From IMG/VR virus record IMGVR_UViG_3300044858_003641, positions 1 through 40,285 of that record: a stretch of DNA of 40,285 nt. One strand, given 5' to 3'. Below the pieces are notes generated by a model. The model was not told where the DNA came from. It worked only from the letters and a program-made list of their open reading frames with translations, and made no database searches. Numbering within the stretch: position 1 is the stretch's first letter; each line of letters begins with the position of its first letter. Position numbers and translations under genes: made by a program. Positions 35,890-40,285 of the stretch are shown one piece after another. This DNA comes from a virus. Lineage: Duplodnaviria > Caudoviricetes.

Positions 35890-36531
35890 ATGGCAAGTGT
35901 GGTCGACATCTGCAACCTCTCCCTCGCGCACCTGGGCGACGAGGCCACCGTGTCGGCGATCTCGCCGTCGGACGGATCGGCGCAAGCTGATCACTGTGCG
36001 CGCTTCTACCCGATCGCGCGCGACGTCTGCCTCGAGATGCACGACTGGAACTTCGCCCGCCGGCGCGCCGTGCTGGCCGAGACCGCGAACACTCCTCCCG
36101 AGATCTGGTCCTACGAATACGCAATGCCGGCCAACGTCATCCGCGTGCTGGCCGTGCTCGACGAGAATGGCGACGAGGACAAGCCGAAGCGGTTCATGCA
36201 GGGCACCGACGCCACCGGCGCCAAGGTGATCTGGACCAATGAAGAAAACGCCACGCTGCTCTACACGCACGCGATCACCGACACCACCAAGTTCTCACCG
36301 CTGGCCGTCAATTCTATTTCCTACCTGCTGGCCTCTTACCTGGCCGGGCCGATCACCAAAGATCCGCAGGTCAAGCGTGGCATGTACCAGATGTTCGCGG
36401 CGGAACTTGCCCAGGCGGAACTGTCCAGCGCCAACGCCAACCGCAACCCTGCCAGTTACACGCCCGGGTCGATCTCGAATCGCGGCTATGTGAATGCTCG
36501 CATGGTGGATGGCCGGGTGGTCTATGAGTAG
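35890..36531 (+). CDS. Tail tubular protein A / adaptor (T7 gp11-like)
   Basis: VVDICNLSLAHLG..I, HDWNFARRR..LA, WSYEYAMP. Confidence 0.88.
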   Translation: MASVVDICNLSLAHLGDEATVSAISPSDGSAQADHCARFYPIARDVCLEMHDWNFARRRAVLAETANTPPEIWSYEYAMPANVIRVLAVLDENGDEDKPKRFMQGTDATGAKVIWTNEENATLLYTHAITDTTKFSPLAVNSISYLLASYLAGPITKDPQVKRGMYQMFAAELAQAELSSANANRNPASYTPGSISNRGYVNARMVDGRVVYE

Positions 36532-38716
36532 CGTCCGCACCCTCCAGCGGTCGTTTGCTGGCGGGGTCATCACGCCGGAACTGTTCGGCCGCATCGACCT
36601 GGCCAAATTCCAGACCGGCCTTGCCGACGCCGACAACTTCATCATCCTGCCGCATGGGCCTGCCGCCAACCGCCCGGGGCTGGAGTACATCGCCGCCACC
36701 AAGACGGCCGCCAAGGCAGCGCGCCTGATCCCATTCAGCTACAGCACCGCGCAGACCTACGCCCTGGAGTTCGGCGACCAGTACATCCGATTCTTCACCC
36801 AAGGGGCGCGCCTGCTGGCCGGCACTGTCACTGCCTGGCTCACGGCCACGGCCTATGCCGTCGGCGACATCCGCAGCAACGCCGGCACCAACTACTACTG
36901 CTCCACCGCGCATACGTCCGGCGTGTTCGCTACCGACCTGGCCGCCAGCAAATGGGTGGCGCTGACCAGCGACATCGTCGAGGTGCCCAGTCCCTACCTC
37001 GAGGCCGATCTGTTCGATCTGCATTTTGTGCAGTCGGCCGACGTGCTGACCATCGTGCATCCTTCCTACGCCCCGCGGGAACTGCGCCGCCTGGGTGCCG
37101 TGCAGTGGGCGCTGACCACGATCACCTTCGCACCCAGCGTCAGCGCCCCGACCGGCGTGACGGCCACGGCCACTGTCGGCGCCGGCGCTACCACCTACAA
37201 CTACGTCGTCACCGCGGTGACCTCCGACGGCCTCGAGGAATCGATCGCCAGCACCGAGGATGACTGCACCAACGCCTTGAGCACGGCCGGCAACTACAAC
37301 ACCATCACCTGGACCAACGTGTCGGGCGCCGTGCGCTACAACGTCTATAAGGAGGAGTCCGGCCTGTTCGGCTACATTGGACAGGGCACCGACGGCGCGA
37401 CCGGGTTCAAGGACGACAACATCAACGCCGACGCCACGATCACGCCGCCGGAATCGCAGAATCCGTTCTCCGGTACGAACAACTACCCGGGCGCCGCCAG
37501 TTATTTCGAGCAGCGCCGGTGCTTCGCCGGCACCAACAACAAGCCGCAGAACATCTGGCTCACCTGTTCCGCCACCGAGTCGAACCTCAATTACTCGATC
37601 CCGACGCAGGACAACGATGCCATCACCGTGCGCATTGCCGCGCGCGAGGCCAACACCATCCGGCACCTGGTTCCGCTCTCGGACCTGCTGCTGCTGACGT
37701 CGGGCGGCGAGTGGAAGTGCTCGAGCGGATCGGCCGATGCGCTGACCCCGACCACCATCCAGATCAAGCCTCAGTCCTACATGGGTGCCAACAACGTCCA
37801 ACCGGTGGTCACCGGCAACAGCGTCCTGTATTCCCAGGACCGAGGCGCCCGCCTGCGCGAGATCAGTTTCTCCTGGGAGGCTCAGACCTATCGCAGTCTC
37901 GACGCCTCAATCATGGCGCCGCACCTGTTCGACGGATACACCATCGACGACATGGCCTACATGCGCTCCCCGTTCCCGGTGCTCTGGTGCGTGCGCAGCG
38001 ACGGCGCGCTGCTCGGACTGACCTATGTACCCGACCAGCAGGTCATGGCCTGGCATCCGCACAGCACCGACGGCGACATCGAGTCGGTGTGCGTGATCGC
38101 CGAGGGCAACGAGGACGTGCTCTACGTCGTCGTCAAGCGCACGATCAACGCCGCCACCGTGCGCTACGTCGAACGTCTTCACTCCCGGCAGTTCGCTGAT
38201 CTGGAGGATGCGTTCTTCGTCGACTCTGGTCTGACCTATGACGGCGCGCCGGCCACCACCATCAGCGGGCTGGACCACCTTGAGGGCGAGACCGTGTCGG
38301 CGCTGGCCGACGGTGCCGTGGTCACCGGCCTCACGGTCACCAGCGGCGACATCACCCTGCCGGCGGCGGCCAGCATCGTGCATGTCGGTCTGCCGATCAC
38401 CGCGCAACTGGAGACCCTGCCGATCTCGCTGGAGATGCAGGCCGGCGGACAGGGGCGAGGCAAGAACGTCAATGTGGCCTTCATGCGCGTGTATCGGTCC
38501 AGCGGCATCCTGATCGGTCCGGCCACCGACGCCCTGGTCGAATACAAGCAGCGCACTGCGGAACCCTATGGATCGCCGCCGGCGCTGAAGTCCGACGAGA
38601 TCGAAGTCACCCTGTCGCCGAAGTGGAGTCGCGGCGGGCAACTGGTGGTGCAGCACACGTCGCCGCTTCCGCTGACTGTCGTGAGCCTGTCGCTCGATGT
38701 CACCGTCGGGAATTGA
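36524..38716 (+). CDS. Tail tubular protein B / nozzle (T7 gp12-like)
   Basis: QRSFAGG.ITPEL.GR.DL, RLIPF, QSADV, YPG...FEQR..FAG, AWH.H, GL.HLEG. Confidence 0.9.
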   Translation: MSSVRTLQRSFAGGVITPELFGRIDLAKFQTGLADADNFIILPHGPAANRPGLEYIAATKTAAKAARLIPFSYSTAQTYALEFGDQYIRFFTQGARLLAGTVTAWLTATAYAVGDIRSNAGTNYYCSTAHTSGVFATDLAASKWVALTSDIVEVPSPYLEADLFDLHFVQSADVLTIVHPSYAPRELRRLGAVQWALTTITFAPSVSAPTGVTATATVGAGATTYNYVVTAVTSDGLEESIASTEDDCTNALSTAGNYNTITWTNVSGAVRYNVYKEESGLFGYIGQGTDGATGFKDDNINADATITPPESQNPFSGTNNYPGAASYFEQRRCFAGTNNKPQNIWLTCSATESNLNYSIPTQDNDAITVRIAAREANTIRHLVPLSDLLLLTSGGEWKCSSGSADALTPTTIQIKPQSYMGANNVQPVVTGNSVLYSQDRGARLREISFSWEAQTYRSLDASIMAPHLFDGYTIDDMAYMRSPFPVLWCVRSDGALLGLTYVPDQQVMAWHPHSTDGDIESVCVIAEGNEDVLYVVVKRTINAATVRYVERLHSRQFADLEDAFFVDSGLTYDGAPATTISGLDHLEGETVSALADGAVVTGLTVTSGDITLPAAASIVHVGLPITAQLETLPISLEMQAGGQGRGKNVNVAFMRVYRSSGILIGPATDALVEYKQRTAEPYGSPPALKSDEIEVTLSPKWSRGGQLVVQHTSPLPLTVVSLSLDVTVGN

Positions 38717-39170
38717 GATCCGCCGCGGCACCTGGCTGGATGTGATCCTGCTGATCCCGCGCCTGCGCCAGGCCGACATCGACGAGTGCGAGGCGCTGTT
38801 CGGTCGGGGCACCACGCCCATGATCGCCAGCGAGACCTTCCGCAATTCTCCGCTGCGCTACACCGTCGAGGAGGATGGGGTGGTGATCGCCATGTTCGGC
38901 GTGGCCGCGCCGTCACTGCTCGCCGACAGCGGGCACCCGTGGATGTTCGGGTCGGATGCAATGGATCGGGCACCGCGCCGTGCGTTTATCGACGCCGGGC
39001 GCAAGTACATTGCCGACATGCTGCGATTCTTCCCGCGACTGGAAAACATCGTCGATTCGAGGAACGAAAAGAGCATCCGGTGGTTGCGCCGAATGGGATT
39101 CATTTTGTCGCCGGCGATCCCGATGGGGCCGGAAGGCGTTCCGTTCCACCCGTTTGTGATGGAGGTCTGA
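38697..39170 (+). CDS. GNAT-like virion assembly protein (T7 gp13-like)
   Basis: LRQAD..EC, MFGV..G.PWM.GS, LENIVD.RN..SIRWL..MGF. Confidence 0.8.
   Translation: MSPSGIEIRRGTWLDVILLIPRLRQADIDECEALFGRGTTPMIASETFRNSPLRYTVEEDGVVIAMFGVAAPSLLADSGHPWMFGSDAMDRAPRRAFIDAGRKYIADMLRFFPRLENIVDSRNEKSIRWLRRMGFILSPAIPMGPEGVPFHPFVMEV
38980..39011 (+). promoter_or_regulatory. Putative late promoter, copy 5 (ejection genes), inside the GNAT-like gene
   Basis: GTGCGTTTAT, 16 nt, TACATT (39006-39011). Confidence 0.65.
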
Positions 39171-39171
39171 T

Positions 39172-39831
39172 ATGTGTTTTGACCCGGTAAGCGCAACAGT
39201 GGCGGCCACTGCTGCCGAAGCAGCAACGGCCACGGCAATGGCGGAAACCGCGGCGATGAGCGCATGGGCGGCAGAGTCGGCGGTGGCCGCATCGTCTTTT
39301 GCTTTGCCAGGATGGGCCGGCACCGCAATGCAGGCCGCCGGATTTGTCGGGCAGGCCTTCACCTCCATGCAGCAGTCCCAGGCCACGGCCGACGCGGCCA
39401 ACTACCAGGCCGCCGTGCAGGCAAACAACGCCCGGCTCGCCGAGATCCAGGCGCAGGATGCGATCACCCGCGGCGAGAAGGCCGTCGAGGATCACTCGCG
39501 CAAGGTGGCCGCACTCAAGGGATCACAGACGGCCAGCATGGCGGCGCGCGGACTGGACCTGTCTGAGGGCACGCCGCTCTCCATCCTCACCGACACCGAC
39601 CTGTTCGGAGAGATGGACAAGAACACCATCAAGGCCAACGCCGGACGCGAGGCCTGGGGCTACCGTGCGCAGGCGGCGAATGCCGGCGCCAATGCAGGCC
39701 TCTACCGCATGCAGGCAGAGAACCAGAGTCCACTGCTGACCGGTGCGGGTACGCTGCTGGCTGGCGCCGGTGCTGTATCCGACAAGTGGTATCGATACAA
39801 GACCGGCAACGCCGGCACATATATCGGATGA
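39172..39831 (+). CDS. Internal virion protein (T7 gp14-like)
   Basis: MC.. start; Ala/Gln-rich; GSQTA.MAARGLDL..GTPL motif. Confidence 0.8.
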   Translation: MCFDPVSATVAATAAEAATATAMAETAAMSAWAAESAVAASSFALPGWAGTAMQAAGFVGQAFTSMQQSQATADAANYQAAVQANNARLAEIQAQDAITRGEKAVEDHSRKVAALKGSQTASMAARGLDLSEGTPLSILTDTDLFGEMDKNTIKANAGREAWGYRAQAANAGANAGLYRMQAENQSPLLTGAGTLLAGAGAVSDKWYRYKTGNAGTYIG

Positions 39832-39834
39832 CAT

Positions 39835-40285
39835 ATGCCTAGAATACCGACCTACGGCCCCGACCTGATCGATGACCAGGCGCTGCCCGGGGTCCGGCAG
39901 TCCTCTGTCGCCGGCCCCGAGATGTTCTTTGACAAGGGCGTTGCTGCCGTCGCCACCGGACTGGGTAAGCTGGGCGAAGGTTTGATGGACGTCGCGATCC
40001 GCGAAAAGAAATTCGAGACCGAGGCCCGCGTCAAAGAGGCCGACATCATCGCCAGCGATCGCTTGCGCAAAGTGCTGCACGATCCCGAGAAGGGATACCT
40101 GGTGGCGCTGGGCAAGGGCGCCGTCGATGGGCGGGATGCCGCCACCCAGGCCGTGGAAGACATTGGCCGCACCACCATGGAGGGCATCACCGATCCGGTG
40201 CAGCAGCGCGCATTCCAGCGGGTCTGGGCCGAGCGGCGCGCATCTGCGCTGGGGCAGGTCGATACGCACGCCGGGCAGCAGCGCA
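39835..40285 (+). CDS. Internal virion protein (T7 gp15 position), 3'-truncated
   Basis: MPRIPTYG... open to the window end (DPEKGYL...GK.A); absent from the ORF track because it has no stop. Confidence 0.8.
   Translation, partial: MPRIPTYGPDLIDDQALPGVRQSSVAGPEMFFDKGVAAVATGLGKLGEGLMDVAIREKKFETEARVKEADIIASDRLRKVLHDPEKGYLVALGKGAVDGRDAATQAVEDIGRTTMEGITDPVQQRAFQRVWAERRASALGQVDTHAGQQR

Overview
Nearly complete genome of a GC-rich temperate podovirus with Bordetella BPP-1/epsilon15-like gene order. The window starts and ends inside the internal-virion (DNA ejection) gene cluster, so it appears circularly permuted. Order: giant ejection protein (<1-7616), tail fiber, lysis genes, putative attP, integrase/excisionase, leftward early/replication operon (SNF2 helicase, HNH-AP2, VRR-NUC, family-B DNA polymerase, Rha-like protein, SSB, DUF2800 nuclease), repressor/Cro switch, primase-helicase, iteron-like putative origin, HTH protein, terminase, portal, LamG head-spike cassette, capsid, tail tube and ejection genes. 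Main observations: (1) five copies of a GTGCGTTTA(A/T)-N16-nAnnnT late-promoter-like motif ahead of virion modules, one overlapping the stop codon of a candidate activator; (2) the ejection protein carries a cargo of ADP-ribosyltransferase-like and Gp88-like Cys-rich domains next to a HExxH motif; (3) the repressor has a PD-(D/E)xK-like C-terminus instead of an S24 peptidase; (4) a LapG/BTLCP-like cysteine protease is split into a lipoprotein ORF and a catalytic ORF; (5) several small membrane peptides are missing from the ORF track. Family calls come from motif recognition and synteny by eye; no searches were run.
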